From Eledone cirrhosa (lineage: Eukaryota): 64,000 bases of DNA. The translations under genes were made by a program, and so were the position numbers. Location: the NCBI GenBank assembly GCA_964016885.1, contig OZ024742.1, positions 226,858,001 through 226,922,000 on the forward strand, read 5' to 3'. Shown piece by piece: positions 14,500 through 26,563 of this stretch; within the stretch, counting starts at the first letter, position 1; every line of letters begins with the position of its first letter. The notes beneath the pieces were generated by a model. The model was not told the origin of the DNA, did no database searches, and worked only from the letters and a program-made list of their open reading frames with translations.

Positions 14500-14680
14500 T
14501 GATTGCCGTCGAGAGCTCAGGCATAGTTGGACCCCGTACTGCCAAGCTCCTCCTCAAGATCAGAGCGTGAGCAGCCCGTTTGAGGAGGGGGCCCCACAAG
14601 GTTGGTTGGCTATTGCAGCGGATGTCACTGGCCATCGTCTGCGGGAATGCTTTTGCCGTCTTGTCCTCGGGGTGCAGCCC
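14500..14680 (+). mobile_element. CRE-like non-LTR element, restriction-like endonuclease C-terminal fragment
   Basis: [16 protein letters not shown]...[19 protein letters not shown] resembles the AVETxG...QRxSxAxxRGNA motif; internal stop. Confidence 0.6.
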
Positions 14681-15640
14681 TCCTGCTCTCTTGCCCAATC
14701 ACCCCCCCTCTCTCTTCTGCGACACCAGAGCTCTTGCCATATCCTCCCCTCCCCATCCTTTTCTTTCTTTCTTTCTTCTCTCTTTTTTTCTCTATATTTC
14801 CCTATCTTTCTTTTGGTCGATAAAATAAAGCACCAGTAATGCACTGGGGTAATTGCTGGCCTTGTGCCAAAAGTAGAAACAATTATTATGGATTAGGAGT
14901 ATCGGTAGAGGGTCAGACGCCATGGTTTCCAGCATAGAGTTACGTCCCTTTACGATCTGAGTTCAAATCCCGCCGCGGTTGACTTTGTTTTTCATCCTTA
15001 CGGAGTCGATAAAATAAAGTACCAGTAATGTATTGAGCAATTGCTGGCCTTGTGCCAAAAGTAGAAACAATTATTATCATTATTGCTACTGTAAATAATA
15101 TCATGTTTATACAGTTTTTCTCAATAGACTACAGTATCATATACGTCTTCCGTTGAGGGTCCAATTAGACCCGAAAATCGATTAAAGATGTTTATTATTT
15201 TTCCAATTTACAGGTAAATTCGTATTTTTTGGCATGTTTACACATATATACACACACGTGTGTGTGTAAACATGCCAACAATATGAATTTGTGCAAAAAA
15301 CAAGTAAACATGCCAGAAAATGTGTTTTTATTGGCAACATGACCCTCCTATGTATAACAGTATATATAATATATATATATATATATGTAGACACACACAC
15401 ATGCATTACATAAATACGTACAAAACTATACACACATTATGTATTAATAAATGCATAAAGGGGAACATATATTGATATTTACGCCAGCAATTGTCTTATT
15501 ATATATATATAATATATACATCCGTTCTATAGTGTTAGTTGTGTATAGCAGTAACCATTAACAACGGTATTATTAAACACGGTGTCATAATGACGATGAT
15601 GATGATGATGATGACAGCAGATGAGGGGTGGGATACTTAC

Positions 15641-15787
15641 TCGTATAACAGTAGTATTGTTATAAAAGGTCCTTTGGGGTGGAACCCTCTTTAAGGGAGG
15701 CAGGTAGAAGTACCCAGATAACTCACAAAGCCTTCCAGTTAATAGGAATTCGTCGGTTGGTGTTTTAACAGAGATTGTATTGGACAT
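15641..15787 (-). CDS. CFAP90: CFAP90 (C5orf49)-like ciliary protein, coding exon 1
   Basis: ATG at 15787, donor CGA|gtaagt, phase 0. Encodes MSNTISVKTPTDEFLLTGRLCELSGYFYLPPLKRVPPQRTFYNNTTVIR, compare recalled SAQSAFSYIPPRRLDPKEHSYY. Total 49+36+53=138 aa. Confidence 0.8.
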
Positions 15788-15860
15788 AGTTGAATAGTTA
15801 CCAAGTCCTAATTCACTCTCTCTCCCTCCTCTCTATTTCTGTGTCTCTCCCTATCAATTG

Positions 15861-15899
<39 letters not shown>

Positions 15900-16490
15900 T
15901 TAACAGTCAAACCTGTTGATTACTTTCGTTTATTTTGTGCCGCTACTGTTTACCTTTTAAATGAGATATATGTCATAATCAGTTTTATTTATTTATATCT
16001 ATTGATAATTGTTTTCAAAGAAAACTAAATAAAATAAAATTATAACTTAAATATTTTTAAATTTCGTGTAACAAAACTAATCTGTACGTATTATATCCCC
16101 TCCGGTCTGAGTTCAAATCCCGCCGAGGATAACTTTGCCTTTCATCCTTACGGGGTCGATAAAATAAAGTACCAGTAATGCACTGAGATAATTGCTGGCC
16201 TTGTGCCAAAAGTAGAAATAATTATATCCCCTCCCCTTTCTTTTTCTCTCACCCTCTTTCACATTCATTCTCTCTCTTTTACACATTCAAGCACTTTCTG
16301 TCTCTTTCTCTCTCATCCATTCACTTTTTCTTATACATATACCTATCAAAAGTACCAGTAATACACTGGTAAAATTGGTGGCCTTGAGCCAAAAGTAGAA
16401 ACAATTATATTAACGTGCTAACAATAGATTGTGTGTGGTGTAAATTGTCGGTGACCCTGTGGGAGGGGAATGGTAAGAGTGTGTGTACGG

Positions 16491-16524
16491 GAGAATGAAA
16501 GCTGTGGTGAGGGCGGCTTATATA
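16491..16524 (-). promoter_or_regulatory. candidate TATA box + initiator
   Basis: TATATAAG (16524-16517) followed 28 nt later by TCATTC (+1 about 16496), in unique sequence about 700 nt upstream of the CFAP90 ATG. Confidence 0.3.
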
Positions 16525-16568
16525 CCAGCGAACACTGAATTCTTTATAGACAGTGTGTGTATGTGTGA

Positions 16569-16683
<115 letters not shown>

Positions 16684-16847
16684 GCTAGTGGAGGTAGTGG
16701 TGTCAAATTTTTTTCTTTTGAAACTTATGCTTTACAAAAAAATATTGTATATCATCAAATTATAAATGAGTAAAATATTCCATTTTGAGAGTTTCAGTCA
16801 TTTGTTAAATTCATTCATTCATATATAATTAAGTACTGTATATATTA

Positions 16848-16885
<38 letters not shown>

Positions 16886-18045
16886 CTCGTCACACCCTTG
16901 CTAGCAGGGAAAGCGGATGTCAAACGATGGTTGATGATGATATATATATATATATATATAACTTATAAATAAAAAAAAATTAATATGTCATATTAATCTT
17001 TAATACTTGTTTCTAAAAATGTTTTCCAATTCCACCCGGCCTGTCCCTTCAATCTTTCTAATTTCTCATTCTTTTTTCTGATGAAGGACTAGCGTCTAAA
17101 ACGTTAAGACCCTCTTCCTGCTATCTATTTTAAGCGTTAACCTAATATATTCTTTCCAAATACTGTAGCGATTGTGTTGTTATTTCTGTTTACCTTTTAC
17201 ATACATACATACATATATATGATGGCTAGTAGACCACTGATGATGGATAGTCCTGGCTTCTATTTCTAATTCTTCATTTTAATTTGTATATCACATTTGC
17301 AACAACACAGCATGCCATTTTTCATTCCTATATGCTTTCCCCTTCGCTGTGACCTGTCTTTTTCTCTTCCCTTACTGCTATCCTCTTTCTCTCTTCCCCT
17401 TCTATCTCCTTCTCCCTCTTACTTTCATTCACCCCCTCTGCTAGTCACCCTCTCTCGGCTAGCCTCTTCCTCGCACTTTCACTCACTCACTCTCTGCTAC
17501 TCACCCTCTCTCTCACTTCCTCCATCGTCCCACACCGTGCAAAATTCTTTCCTCGCTTACTTTTCGCACGGTTAAGATGTGTCTTTCGTCTTCTCGTCAA
17601 TATTCGCCAGTTCTTATGTTCAAATGAATCATTGACTTGATTTTCTCATTTTTTTCCTCTCTTTACGTTGCCTCATCATTCGTGTTCCACCCAATTCTTT
17701 TTATCCCAATAACTTATTTTAGTTATTGTTCGCGCTAGCCTGAGGTATCTGGTCTTTAATGCGAAGAAATACCTATGATGGCTAGTAGGCCACTGATGAT
17801 GGATATTGTAAGGCAAGTTGTGTCGGGTGATAGTGTCTTGCTCATATAGGGGTATTTCTGGCTGGTTTTCTATGGCTGGATGCCCTTCCTAACGCCAACC
17901 ACATTTACATAAATATATACCATGTATGCTGATCCAGTGCCACAACAAAAGCACCCAGTCCATGCTGTAAAGTGGTTGTATTGGCAACACATCAAAAAGC
18001 ACCCAGCATGGAAAAATGGACGTAAATGACGATATTGATGATGCA

Positions 18046-18392
18046 GGGATCAAAACATGTTTTATTCTACATTCATTTCATTAACGAAATGTAACTGATC
18101 AATAATTTCAATTAATTGATCAATCAATTTTCGTCAACCTCATCAGAAATAATAAACAAGTAAAATTGTACCTTAGAGTACTAAAATTAAATGTGTAATT
18201 ACTTAATATGTCATATATTGTCCAGAGTAATCCTATTTATTCATTAACATGAGTAAATACGATTACTTCTCTTAATACACCTTTTATTTTCTACTCTAAG
18301 GGACACTTTTTCTTATTTTAATTAATCGAAATTATTGATTATCTACATTTTGTTAATGAAACATTACATAGAATAAAAAATGTTTCGATCCC
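18046..18392. mobile_element. AT-rich MITE-like fold-back element
   Basis: Imperfect terminal inverted repeats of about 70 bp, gggatcaaaacat...atgtttcgatccc. Confidence 0.5.
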
Positions 18393-19081
18393 AGCAAACT
18401 CTTTGGTTTTCTTTTCAATACATATTAATACGCTGCGATGCTTCTTATTTTCCAATCTTTCAGATCTTACCTCGGATTTATTTGATCTGCAGGATTAATA
18501 ATCATAACAACACACTGAGATTACTTTCATCTTGTTTAGTCAAAACTGAGTAGATTTCTCTATTTATAAATCTTTGTATGTGTGTATATATATATATTAA
18601 TTCAAAATATTAAGAAATATAGACATTCACTTAATCAAAATATATTTTATTATATGAATGTATATATAGTGTATTTTGCAATACACTGTATGCTTAATTA
18701 AAAGCAATTCGAAGACCTTACGCTATTGTTTTAGAGTAGTGACAGTCTCACTTACTTTAAATTTTCAGCAAACAGGGGAGATAAAGCTGACAGAGCTGTT
18801 TCTTACTGATTGGTACTTATCAAAGCCAAGTACTCCACCTGTTTGCTGAAAATCATGAATGTTTGATTCTTATAGAATTCTAGTAATAATCAGGAACTGA
18901 TTATGCAGAGCAGTTGCCGGTCAAGCAGAAATTGAAAATTAGAATTGGTGCTCTGAAATAGTGATATATATATGAATGTATATATAGTGTATTTTGCAAT
19001 ACACTGTATGCTTAATTAAAAGCATTTCGAAGACATTACGCTATTGTTTTAGAGTAGTGACAGTCTCACTTACTTTAAATT

Positions 19082-20140
19082 CCTGATAGCATATTATTCC
19101 CGGCCTTGACTCTCTACAGTCTCTCGCCATGTGCGGGCCCTGGCACCTAAAACAGTGACCTCTAAACGTTCGCGGGCGACCGCGTGCCGTGGTTGCCTCC
19201 CTTTCACCATTTCTCTGCCAGCTGTCTTGAGCCTCTGTAGTTGCTATCGCCGCGACACTCTTCTTGGCATCTTTTGCTATGATGCGGGCTTGCTCCACCA
19301 GTGCATGCAACTCCATTTCTTTGTAACCCGAACTTGCTGTAGTTTCACCGCTATGTCGTCTGGAAATCCATTTATGAACGCCAACCGCACCGTGCGTTCG
19401 CATTCCACCTGATATCCAGCCAACATGGCCAATCGCCGTATTTCGGCTGCGAAAATGTCAACGCGTTCACCGTTCCATCTAATTCTTGCCAGCTTAGCAA
19501 AAGCGAGTAACGGTCCCTCTGCGAACGCTTCCATCATGCGCCTCTCAATCTTTTGCGTATCCCTTTGGCTGTGTTCATCCATTTCAAGGAAGAGTACCAA
19601 CGCGTCCCCCTCGAGGTACAGTGCCATGAGGCCAGCCACATCTTCTATCTTCTGTAAGCTTGCGACCAGCCGGACTTTTCGCAGCCAAGCGACAACATCG
19701 CCTTCACCGGTAAATGCCCTAATCGCTTCGCTTGTTCGTAGTCTCATCGCCATATCCTAATTTGTCTTGCGGTACGTAATAAAAAAAATAACAGACTCCT
19801 CTCTGTTTTTCCAGTAGCTTTGTTTTCGAGAAAGTTCTTTTTTTTTTTTGATCAGTTCTCAGTTTCCAGTGCCGAAATAGCTTGTGGTTAGAAAAAGCTA
19901 TCTCACCCCATGGCTGGTTTCTCCTCTTCCACGTGCGTACAATCCCACTCGTTAACACCGGGAGCTGCAAAACTCGCGTCCACCACGTTCCTGGTCACTG
20001 TTAGAGAGAGGCCGACCTGCTGGCTCTTCCGGTAGAGCACCCTTCCGGCCAAGCATCCTTCCGGTCAAGCACTCTTCCGGTCGAGCACTCCCCAGCTTCC
20101 GGCCACCGCGCACCACACCATACCCACACAGAGCACCAAT
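19082..20140 (-). mobile_element. gag: Ty3/Gypsy-type LTR retrotransposon remnant: PBS-like site, leader and frameshifted gag
   Basis: ORF from 19753 (FTGEGDVVAWLRKV...LYLEGDAL); frameshift near 19320 to zinc knuckle CFRCQGPHMARDC; truncated at a second knuckle; TGGTGCTCTGTGTG at 20139-20126 resembles a tRNA-Met primer-binding site; GC-rich relative to flanks. Confidence 0.75.
20023..20090. repeat. 16-bp tandem repeat (about 4 copies) in the gag leader
   Basis: cttccggtcaagcact-like units. Confidence 0.8.
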
Positions 20141-20143
20141 TCT

Positions 20144-21418
20144 AATTTTATTATATATATTTCGGAGGTACTGTGCTGTTTTTTCAGTACGTTCTCATCA
20201 GATAAAATACATAAATTGATGTATGACATACCTCAACTGTGCTGATGGTTCAATTCCAGTCTTGGCAGTGATTAATTACAACAAAACTCAATATTTATAT
20301 ACCATAAGTACTAACATGACAAACTAAATATAATGGAGAGGGTGAATAGGAGAAAGTGTAGAAAAAATAAATACATAAATAAAATAAATAACTACAGAAA
20401 CACATAAGTACATAACTGTTAAATATTTAAATATTTAAATATCCGTATTAGAGAAGAAAAAAAATGAGAGAGAGAGAGTGAGCTAAATAGAAGAGAAAAG
20501 GAAAAGAGAAAGAGATGAAGATAAAAACAAAGAGAGGGAGATAGAGATGGTAGAATATATAACAGTATAAGGAAAAGAAAGAAAGAAGAGAGAGACATGA
20601 TGCGTGACCGTTTTTTTTTCTCCAAATATTAAGTCAGGTAGAAGCGATCAATTAAATACCGTGAAATTTTTAATCTATTGTATTTGATAGAAATTATACT
20701 ATTATATTATATCAAAATTAAACAATATACAATAATATAAAATATTTTCAATGATAATCTGGAGCATAGTTAAATTAATAAATACATTCAATAATTTAGT
20801 TATAAAATTCAAAGTTAGAAACATTTGGCAGTATCGGTAGAGGGTCGGACGCCATGCTTTGACGCATAGAGTTACGGCCCTTGCCATTCTGAGTTCAAAT
20901 CCCGCCGAGGTTGACTTTGCCTTTCATCCTTACGGGGTCGATAAAATAAAGTACCAGTAATACACTGGGTAATTGCTGGCCTTGTGCCAAAAGTAGAAAC
21001 AATTATTAACTAACAGTGATGCTTACAAATATAGTAAATAAGTATGAGAGTGTTTAACATAACTTACTTGGATATTAGCATCTGTATATGCATTTGATAT
21101 AATTTTTAGAAATATAAATATTATAAACAATACTATTTAAATCAATATTTGTCAATTACATATAGGATTAATTATTAGTTATATTTACTCTTGAGAGTAT
21201 TATTATTTCGATTCAACCAAATCTTACTGTATTCAATACTATAGATCAAGTTAAATACAGATTATTAATCAATTTGGATAAAACGAAAATTATACACGAT
21301 AAATGTAAATAATAGCTCCGTACAGTTGAGGTATGTCATACATCAATTTATGTATTTTATCTGATGAGGACGTACTGAAAAAACGGCACAGTACACCCGA
21401 AATATATATAATAAAATA
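20144..21418 (+). mobile_element. non-coding Penelope-like remnant with inverted pseudo-LTRs (SINE inserted inside)
   Basis: Inverted arms of about 97 bp at 20144-20240 and 21321-21418, each carrying a hammerhead motif. Confidence 0.7.
21355..21416 (+). ncRNA. type I hammerhead ribozyme motif (inverted copy at 20146..20207, -)
   Basis: ttttat-CTGATGA-G(gacgtactg...cagtacacc)C-GAAA-tatata-TA-ataaaa: core intact, stem I ttttat/ataaaa, palindromic stem III. Confidence 0.75.
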
Positions 21419-21470
21419 TATTTTGATAAAGTGAATGTCTACATTTATTAATATTTTGAATTAATATTAA

Positions 21471-21844
21471 CTAGCTGACGTACCCAGCTTCGCCCGGGTA
21501 AACAGATGATAAGAGAAGACAGGTAAAAGAGAAAATGACTGTATTGGATGGTTGTCTGGTTACAGTATGAGGCGAGTCCGTGGTGTTTGTGTGATACAAA
21601 AAATAGTAAAAAAATCTTCCAGATATACCAGATTCTTCGTTGTACCGTTTGTGCATAGTATATGAACAATTGTAGGTGCTCCCACCTAGAATAGTGACCT
21701 CTAGGAGATGGTTCATCTTCTGCCTAACTGTAAAACGTGTATCATTGCATAGACGAGGTTGTTGCACGTTTCTCAAAAGGATGATGGAAGTTCCAATCTT
21801 TTATATTATATGTAGATATAGATATAGATAATTAATATAAAAGA
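21471..21844 (-). mobile_element. non-autonomous Helitron (copy 1)
   Basis: 5' TC, 3' hairpin acccgggcgaagctgggt then CTAG, inserted between A and T; internal Pif1-helicase remnant LLRNVQQPRLCNDTR. Confidence 0.85.
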
Positions 21845-22050
21845 TGATGCTCAGCCAGTTCGTCTTCAACCATCGCAGCACGCCGTCGCTGCTTGGCTCC
21901 AGTGTTTCGTTGGCGTTGTTCAGCCAGCTCCTCTTCATTCATGGCGGTACGTCATCGCCTCTGAAGTTCGGCGTTCCGATGGCGTTGTTCGGCCCGTTTT
22001 TCTTCATTCCTGGCTGCACGCCGTCGCCGTTGTCGTTAACTGTTTGATAA
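21845..22050 (-). pseudogene. STPR-like 23-aa repeat remnant, probably the N-terminus of a Helitron Rep/helicase
   Basis: RRRRAARNEEKRAEQRHRNAELQ / RR*RTAMNEEELAEQRQRNTGAK / QRRRAAMVEDELAEH. Confidence 0.6.
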
Positions 22051-22318
22051 AGTCGAATTGCTTTTACTTTCTGTGGAACGCTGCACACACACATAAACAT
22101 ATGCGCACGTACATACACACGCACACATGGTAATAGTTACAGCGTTCACTTTGCCTCTCTGTTTCTTACTCTCCCCTCTCACTCCCTCATTGGCATTATG
22201 CATATTAATTTAAGTTTGGCGTCGTTGAGGTGGGAGGAGTCGTTTGAAACCTAAGAACCAATGATAATCGAGAATTATGACACACGGAATAATGACATTG
22301 TTGAAATTAATATATAGA

Positions 22319-22692
22319 CTAGCTGACGTACCCAGCTTCGCTCGGGTAAACAAATGATAAGAGAAGACAGGTAAAAGAGAAAATGACTGTATTGGATGGT
22401 TGTCTGGTTACAGTATGAGGCGAGTCCGTGGTGTCTGTGTGATACAAAAAACAGTAAAAAAATCTTCTAGATATACCAGATTTTTCGTTGTACCGTTTGT
22501 GCATAGTATATGAACAATTGTAGGTGCTCCCACCTAGAATAGTGACTTCTAGGAGATGGTTCATCTTCTACCTGACTGTAAAACGTGTATCATTGCATAG
22601 ACGAGGTTGTTGCACGTTTCTCAAAAGGATGATGGAAGTTCCAATCTTTTATATTATATGTAGATATAGATATAGATAATTAATATAAAAGA
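22319..22692 (-). mobile_element. non-autonomous Helitron (copy 2)
   Basis: 374-bp near-identical copy of 21471..21844 with the same TC...hairpin-CTAG termini. Confidence 0.85.
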
Positions 22693-23932
22693 TGTCTGTC
22701 AATGTAAAAAAAGGTCCCTATTTACTCCCTTCACAACTCTGTGTATGTTAGACTGACAGACAGACACACAGACAGATAAACTGCGTGGCGATTGTGGGAT
22801 GCCGCACGTACACACACATACACGCATGGAAACGCGCACACGCACTTTTAATATTTTGATATTTGTAGAATTCTTTTGTTTTTAAGTTATATTGATATAA
22901 TTATATTTCCAAAATATAATCCTTTTGTATTTTATATACTCAATTGTACTATGTAATATATTGATGTATACTTATCTCTATACGACTATGTATGTATATA
23001 TGTGTATTAACATACATATACATGTGTTATATGCTTTTTATGAGTATATGTCTGTCTATATATATGCATGAGTGACACGTGTCTACCAATTGGGTGAAGA
23101 TGCACACACATATTTATATATGTATATCTAAGAATTGTGTGTGTACATGTACATGGTTACCCATGCAGTTTTGATTGCAGATATGCATAATTTAACAGCC
23201 ATAAATGCATGAAAGTTAATCCTATATATTTATATATATATACTAAAATTTTTTATTTAATAACACAAGGAATGTATAGCAGTAATAAAAAAAATCACTT
23301 ATGCTTTGTATGTATATATTATATGCGGGAGTAGATATAATGTGTATTTTCTGAGTGTGTGTGTATATATATATTTATGTATCTTTGCCTATATGTACGT
23401 GCTATATGATAGGTAATTTCTCTAGCAATATATATATTTCGTAATGTTTAAATTCCAATTTTTAATATATTGATCTCAATTTTTAAACTAAATATCTAAT
23501 CATAATTAAACAATGATTAATTTCTCATATTATATATGTATATTCCATTCATGAATAGTAATATTTCTAATTTTATTTATTCATTTCATCTCAATTGTTA
23601 ACTCAACTTAATATGACATGACTTAAGGTTTTCGTTCTCTCCCCCTCTCTCTATCTCTATATTTCTCTCTCTTGATTTTTTCTCTCTGTCTGGTGGTTTG
23701 ATATCTCTCTGCTGTTTTCCTCTGTTTTCTTTTTTTCTTTTTTCTTTCTTCTTTTTCTTTATTTATCTCTCCCTTTCTTTTCTCCACGTTTCTCTCTCTC
23801 CGTCTTTTTACTTCTCCTTAACACAACGACTTACTAAAATAAACAAACCACTATCCTGATGTCTTCCAAAAGTAACGGTTGCATTTTGAAAGGGTACGTT
23901 AATGTTTATTTATAAAACTGGTATATATTGTA

Positions 23933-23993
23933 TTTTGTCTGATGAAGGCATACTATAATTTAACTTGGTATCCTTGAAATATGTATAATGAAA
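23933..23993 (+). ncRNA. type I hammerhead ribozyme motif
   Basis: ttttgt-CTGATGA-aggcatac...gtatcctt-GAAA-tatgta-TA-atgaaa, followed by a short tail and (TA)n. Confidence 0.65.
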
Positions 23994-24097
23994 TAAATAT
24001 GGTTTTATAAATATAGTTTCCATTTGTTAATATCGTATATATATATATATATATATATATTTTGTCTGCCTCTATGTTTTGTTCCCGTATAAATTTG

Positions 24098-24133
<36 letters not shown>

Positions 24134-24167
24134 ATACTTTGGGAGGGTCAATATATATATATATATA

Positions 24168-24750
24168 TATATTGTTATACTTTGGGAGGGTCATGTTGCC
24201 AATAAGAAACACACGCACCAGTTGTTTCACTTCAATTTATTATAATCAATATATAAATTTAGGAATTTATAAATTTCCGGTTTGTTGGTTGGTTCCACAA
24301 CCAGATGATTGTTTATATATTGTCAAAGTTCTTTCGTCACACATTCTGTGACCTCTTCAGTGACTGGGGATTCTTTTCTTTGTTTTTGTGCTTCTCCTTT
24401 ATTCTGTCATACGCCATCTTTGTTCTGTCCTACGCCATCAAGATGGCGTAGGACAGAACAAAGGAGAGGCACAAAAACAAAGAAAAGAATCCCCAGTCAC
24501 TGAAGAGGTCACAGAATGTGTGACGAAAGAACTTTGACAATATATAAACAATCATCTGGTTGTGGAACCAACCAACCAACCGGAAATTTATAAATTCCTA
24601 AATTTATAAATTTATTATAATAAATTGAAGTGAAAGCAACTGGTGCGTGTGTTTCTTATTGGCAACATGACCTTCCCAAAGTATAACAATATCGGTTTCA
24701 ACACACGTTTGCAGATAAAGAATCTTGCTAAACAAATTCAGAAACGAAAT
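24168..24750 (+). mobile_element. fold-back non-autonomous Penelope-like element (about 520-bp palindrome plus 60-nt tail) in (TA)n
   Basis: 24168-24440 is the near-perfect reverse complement of 24441-24692; degenerate relatives at 15320-15362, 50160-50390 and 52520-52550. Confidence 0.8.
24496..24538 (+). ncRNA. minimal type I hammerhead ribozyme (inverted copy at 24322..24364, -)
   Basis: gtca-CTGAAGA-ggtcacagaatgtgtgac-GAAA-gaac-TT-tgac; stem I gtca/tgac, stem II gtcac/gtgac. Confidence 0.75.
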
Positions 24751-24809
24751 ATATATATATAACCAAATGTTATATATATAAAATAATATAAAATATTTTC
24801 AATGATAAT

Positions 24810-25108
24810 CTGGAGCATAGCTTAGTGGTTAGCGCATTATCCTTGTAATCGAAAGGTTGTGAGTTTAATTCTCAGACCGGGTGATTTGTTGTTTCCTTGA
24901 GCAAGACACTTTATTTCACATTTCTCCAGTTTACTCAGCTGTAGAAATGAGATGATAGGACTGGGGTCCCTATCATTCCACTGCAAAGTGGCCTTGGAGG
25001 TGCCATGGCAAAAAATGAGGTTGGTGTTAGGAAGGGCATCTAGCTGTAGAAATCAAGCCAGAATCAGTTCCCGTCCCACCCTTGCAAGCAAGGAAAAGCG
25101 GACGTAAA

Positions 25109-25140
<32 letters not shown>
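24810..25140 (+). mobile_element. SINE with tRNA-like head and RTE-type 3' tail
   Basis: Closely matches 52175-52520; tail ggttggtgttaggaagggcatccagc...ggacgtaaaa(tga)n is shared with RTE 3' ends. Confidence 0.75.
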
Positions 25141-25141
<1 letters not shown>

Positions 25142-25484
25142 CTGATGATATATATATACCAGTGTAAAGTGGTCGTGTAGGCGACACGGCAAAAAGCACC
25201 CAGCACACACTGTAAATGTGGTTGGCGTTAGGAAGGGCATCCAGCCATAGAAACCAATCCAAAATCAGTTCTGTGTGAATGAATCATGGTCCCCCGACCT
25301 GATCCCTCTCATGGGATAGCCCATCTTACTCATGCTAGCATGGAAGATGGACGTTAAGCGATGATAATGATAATGATAATGATGATGATGATATATCTAC
25401 ACATATATATGTCCGTTTTTTTCTGTTAAAGAGGTTTATATTTCCCATAATTTAATTTCGACTATTTCTCTGTGGTCCAAAAAT

Positions 25485-25515
<31 letters not shown>

Positions 25516-25547
25516 AGAACAAAAGATGGTTAAAAGAGTTCCATGTA

Positions 25548-25614
25548 TTTTATTATGCGCATTTCAAAAACAAATATCATCATGCAATAATATTTGTGTT
25601 TTCATCAGATAAAA
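25548..25614 (-). ncRNA. type I hammerhead ribozyme in the 3' pseudo-LTR of the PLE
   Basis: Minus strand: ttttat-CTGATGA-aaacacaaatatta...tgatatttgttttt-GAAA-tgcgca-TA-ataaaa. Confidence 0.75.
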
Positions 25615-25980
25615 TAGGAAGACATGATATGAAGGTTAAAAAACACTTGTGGATAGTGCAGTTTTAAATCAACATATGAAAAGTAGCTTTAGATTGATGT
25701 GTGATATTGGGAAAAAAAAATTTTTGAGGGGGGTGGGGGGTGGAAAGGATGAAAAAGAGGGGGAGATGAGAGTAAAAAGTGGAGAGGGAGGAGTATAATG
25801 AGGAAGGATGAGATAGGAGGAGAGATGGGTGATAGAGAGAGAGAGAGGTAGCTTTTATAACTGAGAGAAATATATTGTTTTACATAGAGAGGTTGAAAAA
25901 CCGTTGGAAGATAATGTATAAATTAAAAGAATTTGAAAATTAACGAAGAGAAAAATAATGTAAAGTTAATGTTTGTAATG

Positions 25981-26148
25981 AAGGGTTTAATAATATGTGC
26001 GATGAAAAGAAAATGTTAATATGTATTAAGAATAATATTTAAGGGTTTAATAATATGTGCGATGGAAAGAAAATGTTAATATGTATTAAGAATAATATTT
26101 AAGGGTTTAATAATATGTGCGATGGAAAGAAAATGTTGATATGTATTA
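25981..26148. repeat. 60-bp tandem repeat, about 2.8 copies
   Basis: aagggtttaataatatgtgcgatg... repeated at 25981, 26041 and 26101. Confidence 0.95.
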
Positions 26149-26563
26149 TTAAAAGAACAACAAGTAATGTAAGTAAGGATATATTGTGAGATGAGCATGA
26201 GTAAGTTAGATGAAAGGGAGAAAAAAATAATGAATTGAGGATGAATAATCGAACGTCAAAAAATGTTTATGTTTACGAAGGATTTTTGCAAGGTAATATA
26301 AAGTAAGAATGTATTGTATTGTGTAATAATTGTTTCTATGTTAGGCAACAGTGAGAAAAGGTACAGATTAGGGGTTAGATATTAAAAGAAAAAGAGAAGA
26401 AAGGGAAGTGATAAATAGGAGTGATATAGAATGAGTAACAAGTATTATATAATGTATAATAAATAACTTTGAAATAAGGTAGAAAGATGGGTATATTTTT
26501 AAAGAAGTATATATATATATGTGCCTTTGAGAAAAAGATTCTAAATTGATAAAGTTTTGGATG

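Noticed and set aside
17074-17110. Hammerhead-like ctgatgaaggactagcgtctaaaacgtt (also 17236, 17792, 35798)
   Set aside because: GAAA mutated or absent, or stem I cannot be closed; probably decayed pLTRs, not listed as ribozymes
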